A stretch of DNA of 64,000 bases, taken from positions 731,173 through 795,172 of the forward strand of contig JAQGDQ010000007.1 in assembly GCA_030141605.1 (NCBI GenBank). Direction: 5' to 3'. The notes under the pieces were generated by a model. That model searched no databases. It was not told where the DNA came from and saw nothing but the letters and a program-made list of their open reading frames with translations. Source of the stretch: Tubiluchus corallicola. Taxonomy: Eukaryota > Animalia > Priapulida. A program made the translations under genes and the position numbers. Shown piece by piece: positions 30,901 through 45,900 of the stretch (within the stretch, counting starts at the first letter, position 1; the number at the start of each line of letters is the position of its first letter).

Positions 30901-33900
30901 TTCATACAAGACTTCAAAGAAACTCAAACATCAAATAGGTTTGTTAAAAGTTTACATCTTTAGTTACATAAACCTGAAAATATTAAACAGCTTGTATCAC
31001 GAAAGTTCAACCACAATAATGCTTGTAATGCCTCAGATGGCACCACAAGACAAAACAAACCAACAATTTTTATTTTCAAGAAGCAGATAATTAACATCAT
31101 ACAGTACACAGAACATACCAGTTATCCGTACGGTGAAGGTGCAAACTCCTATCAGTTCTCTCGGCGCCCGATCCGTAGCCGTAACTGTGATCTGACGCTC
31201 GCTCCTCTCCTCGCGGTCAAACGGAATGCGCGTTTTAATTAAACCCGTGTCCTCGTCAATCCGGAACGGCTCCTGTGCAACAGTGTCGCGCGATTCAATC
31301 TTGTAACTGACACGCCCATTGTCTCCAGTATCGTCGTCCGTCGCCGTTACCTAAGCAACAAAGTCGATTAGCTGATCGGTAAGCGAGAGATGTACTTAAT
31401 GACACCAGGGAGTCACGCAAATGGAAACTAAACTTTCAGAAGAATCAAGCATTCACTGGGGAGGAAAACTCAAAGAAATTGGTTTGATTAACAGGCAGTT
31501 CAGCAAAGAGTGATCTCAGTGAAACTGTGTAACAAGGAATTAGTTCTTACAAGTAAAAAGTAACATACAGAATAATTTCAATAAAAATAAGGTTTGCATG
31601 TAAAAAGAGAATGTCCAACAAAATCAGCATTTTTCAATCTAATCTAAAGCTACACAAGCATCTATCGTTACAAAAATTCTTGCCTCTCCAGTTTTTCATA
31701 CAGTTTAACACACTGCACACCATAAAGCACACAAAGGCCTGTTCAAACAGATGTTTGTGACACGGCCAGATCCTAGCTCATTGTCAACGATTATAGCAGA
31801 GGTAACTCAGCAATTCGGGCCTACATACATCCTCCCTCCACGAGTTAAATAGTTTAGTTTTACGCATGATGCTATCTGAGGCAAGTATTGAACCTATGTG
31901 ACTCGCACAAAGCGTTGGAGCTCTACCACTAGGCTACAGAACTTGTCATGTCGGTTTAACGGTTCAAACAAAATGGTGAGTTTTAAGATTTACGCTAATT
32001 TTTTATGAATGAGAGTGGCAAACACTCCCTTCACATTTGTAACAACATTTGAAGCCCTTGAAATACTTATAAGACTGTATAATATATATCAGGCTTGCAA
32101 AATATGTATTTCATAAGGCATACTGTTATATATCATACAGGTTCATACAGGTGGACCATTTAAGCATATGAACAAATGTGATCAAACAAAAAGACTGCAT
32201 CTCAATTGTATGAAAAAAAGAATTGTCAGAAACACAAAATATTTATTTTCACAGTAAACTACGCATAACCCGAACACCTCGGAAATGGAAAATTTGTTTG
32301 AGTTATATGAAAGTACGAGTTAGACAATGCTCATAAGAAAACAAGATTGAGTCGCTCATCAACGCTGGACAATACACTAGTAACACTACAGCTTGTGAAG
32401 ATAACAAACTGAGCCTTTACTCAAATATCAAACAACAACTTTTATGAATAATTAAAAGTAAAATGACTGCTCCATCTCTACTGTAGTCTGAGTAACATAA
32501 TTAATAGAATTTGGCAGTAATAATATTGTGATCTAGTTATTAAACCACATTCATTAAGCCATGTTGTGTTCAGTGTTCTGCTAAAATCCTAGAATTTTTG
32601 CTGAAATTAGCAGTTAAAATCGTGATGCGGTGCCTACTTTCGCATAAGATTTCTCTGCTAAGGTTTGGGAGGCTGTTCGAGACAAAGGAGGTAATTTCAA
32701 TCAGATTCTCAAGAAGTGAACCTGGAATTCTATTCGAGTAAGGTGATAATTCGAGTTACACGATGTTTGTTAAAGGGAAAAATGAAAGGGAAAATCTATT
32801 CCACGAGATCTGTTCGAGATACGCAATAACTTGAGTTATACATAGTGTTTACCAGAGAGGTGAGCAGTGTTTGCTATGCTGGAAAAGGCTGCAATAACAC
32901 TAAGTAAATATATAACAAGCACACTGAACACAGGCAGCAGATTCCGCTGGAAACTAATATCCATTACCCTGCACTAAAACAAGAAGAACGAGTAAAACAA
33001 TTCAAAATAAAGCAATATTCAGCTAATGGCCAGAACACGTTGACAATGAAACCATAGCAACTGACTCCAATATGGTTTTATTATCACTACCGGAATATTG
33101 CATAAGCAACAAAAATAGCAAGGCAGGACTAGCGTTCTTTAAAGTTGAGAGGAAAAAAATTGAAATCTAAATAAGCTTTACCTCTACTTATATTTTCACA
33201 CTTTTTACAACACTCAGCTTCAGCAAATTGCTTAATTAATGTGAATAAACAGACTAAAAATTAATGATTAAAAAAAATAAAAATATCATTTATCATTTTT
33301 AGATCTACGCTTCCCTCACTGTAGGCTACAATAAAATGACCTTTGTATTATTGCGATTACTTGACTAATAAAATGGCTTTGTTTCCCAAAAGGGGGCACA
33401 CGATTATGGAAAGGACAAGGGAGTATGACCAAAGTTAACAATCGCTGAACGGATGGGTGATTATCTAGGTTCTGGTCCCTCTGCAACTAACTGCAAAAAG
33501 TAAATCTGCCACTTACTGCTGGATTCCAGCTTGCAGACACTTAGAATTTCCGGACCTTGAAAGTCGAGGAAGTAAAATACAAAAGCTCACCTGGATGACG
33601 TTATATCCTGCAGCTGCATTCTCCGGAACAGAAGGTGAATATTGGGAACAATTTGGAAAAACGGGTTTGTTATTGTTTACATCAATAACCCGCACGGTAA
33701 CCAGTGCCTCTGAATAATGTTCCGGAGATTCCCCAGGACAACACGATCCGTCATCTTTTGCAGTCACATTTAACGTATAATATGGCTCCACCAGGTGGAC
33801 ATCATGGTCTTTAAGCCGGAGCACTCCAGTGTTAGGGTCAATCTTAAACTCTCTGGACACAAGCTGACCGTCCTTGAACTGATAAGTCACTTTGTCTCCA

Positions 33901-36900
33901 TCTGGATCTATGGCATTTAGGGTTGTGACTAGTGCTCCAGGTTTAGCATCTTCTGCCACATTTGTCATGTAAACATTTTGAGAAAACCTGAAATGAAACA
34001 AAAGTATCAGTTCAGTAAGATAAGAAATAATCACTTCCCGGTTTTTTCAAATAGTTAAAAAAGCATTTTCAGCCCTGCAGAGTATAAAAACATTAATGCC
34101 AGAAATAGCGGATGAAGGTGGCCTGCCACAAGAAAAAACTTAGGACAAAAGAAATATCAACAGCACTCAGGAAAACAGCTGCTATCGTCAATGCTTTTCA
34201 GTAATCTAAAGAGGCGATTTTTATCAGCGAGGAAGCTGGTTGCCTAGCAACACCTAATGATCCAGAGTGCAACCGCTGGCAACTAGAGTAATTAACACCA
34301 ATTACGAGAATGTCACTAAAGACGACGAGACTGGCATGTCAGTTTAACACACAATGTAAGTTTACAGTTTAAACGCAGAAACTTAGTTCCTAAAATCATT
34401 TTCAAAATAATGACTTCCATTCACCAGTCTCATTATTACTACTAATTTTACTTCGTTTAAAGACTCAGAATGTCAAAATGTTAGCATTACTACAGGTTCC
34501 AAAAAATTACTTCAACTATTTTGTCTTCTGGAATTTTCTATAACAGACAAAAACGCTGTCCAAGAAATTGTATACAAAAAGATAAATAGTTGCACAATGC
34601 AAATAGCTGGACGGGAATAAGACAAAGCACTTGCATTACGTACAGCTGTTAAAAAAGTCAATATACTCCCATAGCATCCAAATGATTTCTTATACCAGGC
34701 TCACCGTTGTCAGGCAGTGTCCCAGACATTACATCAATACATTTGCTAGTTTCCCACCATCATCATACAGAAAGTTTAATGAAGATTTTATAAGGTTGTT
34801 GCAATGATTTACGATGAAAAAATAAGTTTACAAACAAAAACAAATAAATTTTTTTGTTATTCTGTTCTAAAAAACTTAAATTACATGGCACTTGTTTATT
34901 TTTTGGTTTTCTGTAAGCATTCATTTCTAAAGTTAGGGGAAGCAAGCACATAAAAAGGTGCAGTGACACATACCAAACAATTTTTGCACACTGATTATAC
35001 ATTTTAATTTTGTGTTTATAATCAAAACACGATAACGTACCTTACAGGAAGAACTTAAAATATGTGTATTATTTAACTGTTTTAATTATAAGTTTAAATG
35101 AAGAGCTAAAAAATGTTGAAAGGATGCTAATGTGCTTGGGGGAGTGGATACCCCCCCCCTTGTTCCCCTATTAGCTACACCAATAGATATATTTAATCAT
35201 GTCATTACAAAAACATACAATGTCAAAATGTTTTCATAGAAAAATACATGAATCTGATTTCATATTAGTACAGAGTTTTTGAGAAAACACATTACGTGTT
35301 GTTTTTATGTAGAATACATGTATCTTGGACAAATTCATTTTTCCACTTTATTCAAACTTAAGAAAAGCTATATTTAAAAAATGCTTATCAATCAGAGCAT
35401 TGTTTTGAATTGTATTACATATTTTAACCAGCTAAAGTTTCCAATTCCCTGCACACAAGCAATTAGTCATGAAGTGGATTAAGATTAGGGTAAGGGTTAG
35501 GGCTAGGGTCAAGGTTAGGATTAGGGTAATTAAATTCAGTGGAAAATTGAATTTAACAACATCAATGAAGCAACAGAGTGCAATGTAACCATAGCAACCT
35601 ACCTTGGAGCCTCATCATTTTGATTCTTCATGAAAATCCTTACCACAGCCTCTGACTTCAGCTGCGGGTCACCGCTGTCCCAAGCCGTGACACGGAATTC
35701 GTATTTCCGACCTGGAATCTCGTAGTCCAGCTTGCGCTTGCTGAGGATGGCTCCATCTTCATTTCGAATAGTGAAGTTTTGATTGTCAGTAAGTTCGTAT
35801 GTGATGCGACCATTCTCGAAGCTATCCGCATCCGTTGCCGTTACTAAAATCAAAACAAATTAAAATCTTAACCATGTCTATTATGAACCAAAGAAGGCAA
35901 GTACTTATCTTAGTAACCTACCTTAAAAAAGAAAACTTAATGACTAACTTTTGTTTAAAAGAGTTCGCTTACTAGAACCTCAATATTTAGGGCTTAATGT
36001 TTAAATTTTCAAAAACACCTTATCCCCAGTGGTAGTTTTATGGCTTCTAAAGCTAAGAGAATGTGACCACAGATGATCTCTTAAACCCTCCAACCACCCA
36101 TAGCATAAGAAGTTCACAACCAAATGCTTCTCAATTAAAAAAACTGATTTGCAAATAACGAATCTTTGATTACTTAACAACAAGACAGTCTCAAAACTAT
36201 CAGCAATTCTTTTTGTGACTGTATGGTATTCACTAAAAGAAACAAACGAAAATGAAACTTTGCTACAAAGGACTTCATGATAAAGCAAACAGCTATGAAG
36301 AGTAACCATGGTTTGTAAGTTTTTGAGGATTTGACTTAAAGTTCAGCTCTGTAGTCTGCATGGCATTCAGCGGTAAATCATGTACAGTTGTGCACAAACT
36401 CGGTTAAGCCAAACTGATTACCACCAGCTTATCACTGCCTGACATACTGTCGAGAACTACGCCAGTATGGCACATCTCGAGTTAAAGTGTTTTTCACTCT
36501 GTTTGCACAAATTTGCCCTTGCAAATTGGTTCTTGAGTGTAAACATAATGTTAAATTTGTATCGTAATCAATCAAGTCTTTCAGGTGTAATTGTCATTCA
36601 AGTCTATAGTATACTGGCATCATGCCCAATTGGCCATGTAATTAGCTGAATTAGGCTTCTTTCATAGTTCTATATACACACACACACATATATATAGTAA
36701 TTTTTCTGTGCCGAAGGCCTAGCTAGCCAGGAGTGACACAGCGCTGACAATCACTATGTTGCTACTTTGCTCATTATCAAGGATGGCCATGGGCACAGTA
36801 TAATAGGTATGTCTAAAGTTTTTCTGTATTAGACTTAACGTATGCATTTAATGAAAACGTATCGTAATTCAGTCATTTTGTAATTTCTTTTCTCTTTACT

Positions 36901-39900
36901 AAAACGTAGAACTAAAATGTAGGTCTCTTATAATAGACCAGTAAACCTTTATTACTAAACATTTACTAATTATTCTTGTTTCATCGCCATTGTAAATATC
37001 ATCTTTGTAAAAATGTAATATTCGTTAACAATTATGCACATACTTGTTTTCGATATAAAAGTAAAAGTACGTACATTTAGAAAATTGCTACAAATTAAAC
37101 TCAATTCAATATTTGTTTGCACCGAAAATGCAAAAGTAATTGAATCTTGGGCATTCAGTCGCCCAAGTTTTGCTCTCCCGCCTATTTTTACAAAATTCAA
37201 ACTTTTTACATAAAGTTAAAAAGTGTGTGGAAAAAGCAGTCAATTAAACTGTTAAAATCAGATAAAATACTTTCGAAGAATAAAAACCAACCATTCATCA
37301 TAATAAAATTAAGCGTTTTTGACATGATGCCTAAACCCCCTTCCGCTTGATTTTATGTTTCAAGTGGTAAAATTAAGCGTTTTCAACAAATACTTTCTAA
37401 TAGTTCAAAATGAATCACCCTTCTTTGAAAACGGTGCTGTAGCTTACCAGCTAAGATCATGCTTCCAACGGGTAAGTTTTCATCAACATTTTCTTTAACG
37501 TATTCGGGAAGGTTAAACACGGGAGGGTTATCATTCACGTCTTCAACTTTTACCGTGAGCTGAAAAAATAATTTACACATAATGAAAAACCAGCATTTTT
37601 CTACATTTAACAAGGTGGGGCTTTTATTTAGAAATTAGTATACAAAGTATGGCATATACAATATATGCTATATGATTATCGATTATACGTTTTCAAGCAC
37701 TTTCCTTAACATTTCATTACAGTTTTCATGAACCTGGGACTAATGTTGAAAAGATCTTTAGTACTTATAACCACTCAAAAATTGTGCCATGGAAAAAAAG
37801 CAAATTTGAACCTTGAGCATTATTTGTAGAAATGCTTTTGTAGAAATGCTAAAATGACTTATACAATTATTACTTCCCAATTGAATTTTCATATTTTATT
37901 CCAGTTTTGAATTATAGTGCTGCATATGGAAACTTATAAGAATATTTTCTAAACTTTTCTAAAGCAACTAATGCATGCAAGCAAAAATGATACATATAAA
38001 ATGATAGGGCTGTTTATAAAATATAAAAACTGATTTAATTCAATCTAATCTAATAAAAAATTGCACTGTCTACTCAAGAAATTATTTGAAGTCCACAAGA
38101 TCCAAACCGCCATTTACACCTGTCACAGTAGCACAAACACTAGTCGACATCAACAAATGACATCAAAATACTATGGGCAAAAAAGTTTCAGTAAGCTGTA
38201 TTAAAAACATATATTTCTAACATTAATTTATACAGGCACTTCAAAGCACTTATTATTAAAACAACACAACTTTTATTAAAACTTTAATTTACAACTGTTA
38301 AAAAATGTTGTAATGTTTGGAGATGTTTTTTAATACAATTGTAAATTCAAGTTTTAATAAAAGTTGTGTTGTTTTAATAAGAAATCTTTGAATTTATTAC
38401 TATTTACAATCTTGATTTTTAAAAAATAAATGTAGAAAAATTAACTCGGCTACGCAGTACATGCAAATTAACGAAAACATAAAACCAGAATTGAACATGC
38501 CACTAAAGTGTGGTTTCTCGGAGAGTAGAACTACATTTTTTTAATTAAGAACATTCTATATACTTGAACAAACTCATTACTACTTAGTTAAATCAGCCTT
38601 AATATTATATTCCCCAGTCCCGACAGATTCAGTACATTTCTTTTCCTCTGTTAACATGCAATTAAAAATTTACACGACATGCTTTATTGCATGCTTGGAA
38701 TGGATGGAAGCATGCTAATAGCTTTTAACCTCTTTAAGGGCAAAGAAAAGGCTATTTTAAAGTATGCTCCAAAAAACTTCCCACACAAAGTTATATTAGA
38801 AAAGAAAATGTTTAATAATTTGAGATATTCGCGCCACCTGAAAAAACGGCACTGCACTGCCATCCCAGTGTGCACCACTGATTCAGCAAAAAACATGTTA
38901 TTGATGTTAACGACAATATAAAGTAATTACAACTTTTTCTTAGTCAGTTTACTACTAATGGTCTGATTATTTCTTCAAACCTTATGCAATAATATCTAAA
39001 CTTATTCGAAATGACTTACCCTCAAAATGGCTGGGCCTAACGGGAGTTTAAATTTTCAAGTTTTATAGAATGTTACTGTTAACACAAGACCTGTATGCAA
39101 TAAGGTAGCAAGCTTTATTTATGAAAGCGTGTTTTCTTGTGCTTTAAAATAGGCTTATTTGAAATAAATGATCCACAGCAGTATTTAAAAGAAATACTTC
39201 TGTTCATATAACATTTATTTTCAGATTTATATTCACTAGCACGTTATTAGTTACTCAATGGCTAGAGTCCAGCATTGTGCACACTGTAGGCTCTAATGAC
39301 TGTGGCTTGTTTACATGTCTATAAACTAGAGAATACTAGTCTTGTTTACCATGTGCATAGATTTGACTTCAATAAATAAGCCACCATACCAGCCCATAAA
39401 TAATTACAGGAGAGTAGGTAGAGTGGACCAATAATAAATGGGAGATATTTTAGGCACTTGATAGAAATCGGCAAGTCTTATACATTTGGCCTCACTGATT
39501 TGCTGGATGGATACAAAATTGGCCTTTGAGATGGCATTGTAAGCCATGTGACAAAGTAATTTAACCCTGAAACAAAGAAGTTCTAAACTCTAATTTTCTA
39601 TATATGCAAAAATAAAAAAGAGAAGGTATCTGGCTATTCAGACGCAAAATATTTTAAGCACAAAACAAAAAAATATGTATTTCCTAAACACTGACGATTA
39701 AGGACACAGCCAAAATTATTTTTTAGACAAGTGAATTTGATATAACACTCTGAAAACAAATCAGATCACTATAAAATGAACTTTTTAGGAACTTATTATC
39801 TCAACTAAATCAGAACCCTACAAGTTGCCATGCTAGTCTGTCCTGCAAATCTTTACACAAAAAGGCATGTATATGTACAAATCTTTCTTGATTCTCAAAA

Positions 39901-42900
39901 TAACAAAAAAAAATGCTTTTGGTGCACTTAGCTGCATTCACATAGTAAACTGATGTATTTTTAATGTGCTTCATAAGCACAGTGCAAAAACCTTTATCAG
40001 GAGTTTAAACCACAACAATGATGTTAAACTTAGAGGGTATTGCTCGCGAAAAAGTATTAAAAAAATTAATAATAAAAAAACTGCAAAAAAGATAACCCAA
40101 TTTACTCATCAAGATATACTTCAAAAGTTGTGCCAAGTTTTTACTGCTGGAAAACCAAGTTAACACGCTTTAAACATGAATTTGCAAGGCATAAATCAAA
40201 TTAGCATAGCAGGATTACTGTGAAATTCTTGCCATGACAGCTTGCAAAATGAGGAGATGATATTGCATTCAAATGAGCTTGCATCCATTTCATACACTGC
40301 TGAACACAAATTATAAACGGTAATGGGATGAATAATTGAGGGAAGCTGAGGAGCACAGCGAGATTGAGTAACACGTACGAACGAAATGCAAAGAAATTCA
40401 AAAGCCTGCATCCCAAACTCAAAAATTTAAAGGCCTATATAATTCCAACAGACTCTGAAGTTTCTTTAACACATTATTATGATTATACAAGTAATTACAA
40501 AAAAGACTTATAAAGTAAATAACTTACCTTTTACTCACAAATTTCGCACAAGCGCATTGCCATAAAGATTGCCATTATTTGCAATTTTGTATCTTTGGTA
40601 TAAGTGAGTGTGAACGATGTGTGTAAAACAGAAAGCGCCTTTGGTTACCGATCTTTCTTTACCAATCTTTGGTAACCTTGTGATTGTATTTATCACGTCA
40701 TTCGTCTCGCGCAACTAAAAATGGCGGTTTTCCAAATTTAATACCGCTAACAACGAAGTAATAAAAACCAAAAGAAACAAGTTTTACAGTAAGTTCATAA
40801 TAAAAAAATGAATATTAGTAATGAAAGTGGGATTTTAAGTTGTAAAAGCTTATATTATAGTGAGAGTTAGTTTGACTTTAAATAATAGATTTTTAATGAT
40901 TTATGAAATATGGATTTACAAAAAAAAAGTCTGAAACTGGAAAACGAAAAACGAAATTTGTTAAAAAAATCCAAGAATGGAAACCTTTTATATAACACCA
41001 AAAAAGGAAAAGGTGCTACAAAAACCCAAAAGACTAAAAGGCTGTTAAATGCCAAAAATGAAAAGTTAACATGAAAAATTCCAGAAATGAAAGGTTATTA
41101 TAAAAACATCTACATTTTATAAGAAGAATAAGCTCCTGTAAAACTGTAAAATGAAAAGCATATATACAAAAACTCCACACAAATGAGATGCTATTGTCAA
41201 AAACTTCTAAGAAAATAGCTATTAAGAAAAGCTTTTGAGGATAAAAGACTAATATCCAAAACTTACAGAGAGACGAGATACAGATTTTTTGCACAAAAAA
41301 TATTCAAAAATTAAAATGTTATAAAAAAACTTCAAAAAAAAAACTGTATAGAAAAAAATGTTATAAGAAAAAAAACTACAAAGAAAATGGATATTACAAA
41401 AAACATTAATTAGAATTAATGAGTCAACAGAGAAAAATCAAATAAGACATGACATTCTCAATACAAAATTACGTACTACCATACAGAATACCAAATACCT
41501 GCTAAAAATTAATTTTTTTTACATTTTGCATTCCGAAACATTAATAAATTTAAATGTGAACAGAATAGCAATGACGGTTTGATATTCATTGTTAGAAAAG
41601 AAAGTTTAACTTACCAGCGTGCTAGCAGATAGACCTCCTTCCTCCTCTGCATGGACCTGCAGTCGGTACGTCTTTGGTTGGTTAAAGTCGTCAAAGTCCA
41701 GCTTCTTCAACAGCATCACCTCTCCAGTCAGCGGCTTCCGAATAGAGAACGCGTCCGAAGTGTGACCGCTCTCGGTCGTCACCTTGTACTTGATAGGTTT
41801 GCCAGAAAATGACTTGGCCTTGACCTTGGTGACACTGCAACGACACAAAGGTCACATGTGCACAGGAGATATTCTAGCAATGGTGGCTTGTTGGAACACA
41901 ATGTTCAAGAACTGAACAAAAATTGGGAAGAAAACAACAGGAAACAAAAAAGATCACTGCGGGAGTTTTTTCATCATGTTGCATAATACGAGTGTCTGCA
42001 GGCATGTGGTGTTATTATCACCACAGGCTCTTTTAGAAATTATCTAAACGTCAAAATGACAACAAAAAGAAACTACATCAATGAAAATGACTGGGGAAAA
42101 GCAACAATAAAAGAATGTAGGAAGTAAGAAAGCTGGATGGCCAGATTAGCATGCTCGCCATCAAAATAAGAAACTCAGATTTGCAAATGTAATTATGCAT
42201 GCAAACTGTTCTAATAATTTCAAATCGGTTCCGTTACCAACTCCTGAACAAGTCAATATTGTCGACACAAGCAGAAATTAATGCAATGCTTGCCATGCTG
42301 ATTTAATTCACTTTCAAACAACTCGGGGGATAATTAAAGATTATTTCAAATTTCACATTTCTTTATTTCCAAACTTCAGTGATTGCAAAACGGCGATACT
42401 GAAAAATATGCCACCACGTCAGTGAAAATATCACCAGTTTTCACAATTGAAAATGCTTTGTTTATTCACAGTAATAAATTGAACGTGTTTTAAGATGCTC
42501 AACCATGTTTCAAGTATGCTTCAAAGTGCAAATTAAACTTGCAAAATTACTGCTTATATCGACTAGTAAGCACTTAACCAATTCAGCACAGAAAATACCA
42601 CCATCAAAATCACAGTTAGCACAAAGAAGGCAAGGGCTATTAAGTAAAACACTCACACAAGGAATCAATATATAGCATATATACATAAAATACGCGATAT
42701 ACAGTGAACATATATCGCACGCTAAAGGCAGCAGCCTTTAAGCAGTAGATGCGTTTGTTTTCGAATAGTAAGCTGTCTTCCATTTCATGACCGGCCCACG
42801 TGTTTTGTCTGCGGATGCTAACACAAGGGGGCACCAGGGTAGCAACACCGCCTACACCGCATAAAACTTACCTCGAGGAAAGTTGCACGTTGTTGCTGAA

Positions 42901-45900
42901 AAACAATGACAGCAGTTAGTGGATGGGTGTGGGGGGAGGGGCGGTGTGGGCGGTGCCACACTAGACAAGCTTGCACGCGAGTCGGTCAGTAAAATGAAGA
43001 AGCTACTATTGCCACCAACAGTACCTGAACTGGTAGTCTGTCTCAATGGGAGATCTTTGCAAAAAATAGAAAGAGACGAAATTAAAATGATGATGCCAAA
43101 AACAGTTTGCCAGAACCAATACAGTCATGGTGGCACGTATGACTATACATGGTCGATTACCGGGTGCATTGTGGTCAGGCGGGAGAAAGGCTGTTGAACA
43201 AGCATCGCGGCAGAGCGAATCGACTCGAATTTTACATACACACATCTAAGTCTCAAGCTGCTCTCGCTTAGGAAATAATTTCTGATGGTAAACATGCTGT
43301 ACTTATTAGTAAAAAACTGTTAGTAGCAAACAATGCGGTGCAGCGTGCACCTCAAAGTTACGTTCCATTGCATACTCATACAGTACCTACCATGTAGTTT
43401 AAAAATAGTTAACAATAAAAATAACCACATTAAAACTTAGTAGTTGCAATTTCAGAAATATAATCTATCACATTGATACCACAATAGAAATACCACTTGG
43501 AAATCACAATAGAAGATAATGTCCTACATTTAGAATGCTATTATTTCAATATGAAAACTCGTGCATATTTTTAATTTAAATCTACTATTTTTACATAAGT
43601 TTTAATGTAAACTGTCTTTTCATATCTGTTTTAAAGATTAATTGTATTTAGTTTAACAAATGAAATTTTTTGCATGTATATAATTAATTTATTATCAACA
43701 TAAATACCTTTTTCTAGATAAAGCTACCACAAAATTACATTTCTTCTACCAAAAAAGGAGCTTTCAATTTTTACCTGAAATTCTAAACTTGCGAACAAAT
43801 AACAACAGAAAGTTAACGTTTACTATTTTAAATCAATTGTCAAAATGAGTCAAAATTGTAATGAACGTTTCAAGCAAATTTTGACTATATTCATATCATC
43901 TGAAACTACAGAATTTTCAATGACTGCAGAATTTTCAATGAATAAGTGACTAACAAACTTACAGTGACTGAGAAGGTGCATTTTCTGGAACAGTCTGGTA
44001 ATAATCGACCGAGTAAAACTGCGGAGGCCGATCACCGACTATAATTGAAAGGGTCTCCAGGTCGGACTTCTGTGGTACTCGATGACCATTTTTATCAAAT
44101 GCCACACCGTTTTTGTCAATGGCAACAACCCGCAACGCGTACTCCATCGGTATACGGAACTGTCCTGGACGACGTGTGCGGACATTTCCATTGTATTCAT
44201 CCACTTCAAACGCATCTTCGCTACCTTTATATAAAGAACATACATGATACAATGAACCCATGAAACTGATTTAATTACAGTGGATGGATTCTGAGAGATT
44301 AACACGCCTTGAACCACTTGAGAACAGGTTGTCCCACTCACTTAGATTAATGAGTTTATTTGATTATCTACAAAACTGCAGCAATATAACAAACAACACT
44401 TTATGCAACTAGAAAGAATGGCTAAAATACGAACTAGATGTACCATATATAGGATTGGCTAAGATGGCATTTTTAACAAGAGTTATTGGCAGTGAAAGAA
44501 TCCATGTACATAAACATGGTAATCTGTTGCCGTAGCATCATAACAAACGAATTTATAGCTTTTTGTCGGAATTATAACACGATAATTCAGAAAAATTATA
44601 TAAGAAGGGCATAGGTAAATTGTTATTCAAGCAAATGTGAATTATAGCTCATTTTTGTGTTCAGTCTAGCAACAAAATTTTCTATAGACCAGACCAGACA
44701 CTAGAAATTGGTGTTTATGTAAAAAACTAGTTATCATAATTTAGATAGGGCAGATATGTAATGACCTCTGTTTGCTGAACAATAGTTATTGAAGTGTAGC
44801 TACGCTGTTCGTATCATTTTGAACAAGTTAGCTGAATTGTTCATGGTGTATAAGTGTCACACAAAAACGGAAATTAGGTACTTTAAAGGTCCTAGGAGAG
44901 TGAGTTAATATAATACAAGTAATTTTCATTTTATTTCTCAAAAATAAAACAGGCCACATTATTATGGTATAAAAAGAAAACTTGAACTATCACCCACAGT
45001 CCCTCTCTCTCTTTCTCTCTCACTCTCAAAACAGAATTTTAACATTTCAGCCTTGTAAACAATTAAGCTTGCACTCAAAAAACTTAGGTCAGCCCCAGAG
45101 ATACAGGGTTTGATTAAGTTTTGTTAGGTTGGGAAAAATGTATCAATCTCATCATGAATGTCTGTATTGCCTAGCATTGCATTGCCTTTTAACTTGTGAT
45201 CTTAATGATCATAATGATTTATTAGCTAACCGTAATGATTTTATATATTGTGACTATCATGTTTACTGCTAACTTTTCATACCTCAATACCGCTAAGATT
45301 GTTAACATTTAAAACATATTGCCACAAATATACGGCTACCAAACATGGAGATTAGATGAGAAAATTAACACTCTTGCTCTTTTCATGCAATACAGAAGTC
45401 AGAAAACTGTGACAAAATTACCAAATCTCCTTTACAGAACACACACACACATATATATATACATATATTACGTTTATAGCTGATATGTTGCCTCCTCACA
45501 AACAGTTCCAGAAGCGATTTATTAAGCTTTATTTTTAGTGCTTAAATAACAGTAATCACAATATTTTATTTATTTTGTTCAGCAAGCTCAGTATTGTTTC
45601 ACTTCAATTATGGGATACGATTTAGTGACAATCTCTAACCAATATGGAATTGACAGTTCTTGTCACGAGTTTATATCAAAAGTGCTGCATCTCATTACTG
45701 GTAAAATGCTTAATATCAATGACAATTAGCTGGCAGTTGTTACATTTATAAAAGAAATTTCATGAAGTACAGAAACCAAGTATTTTTATTTCTTTAGAAA
45801 GTCTCAACTATAGGAAATTTTAAATTATTGACCACTTGTTGAGACCAAAATGCTAACATAATTGAAGGCTATGGTTTATTATTATTTTACTTTACTTTTA

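Noticed and set aside
31876-31936. tRNA gene
   Set aside because: A and B boxes are present, but I could not build convincing acceptor and anticodon stems; treated as a SINE-like head.
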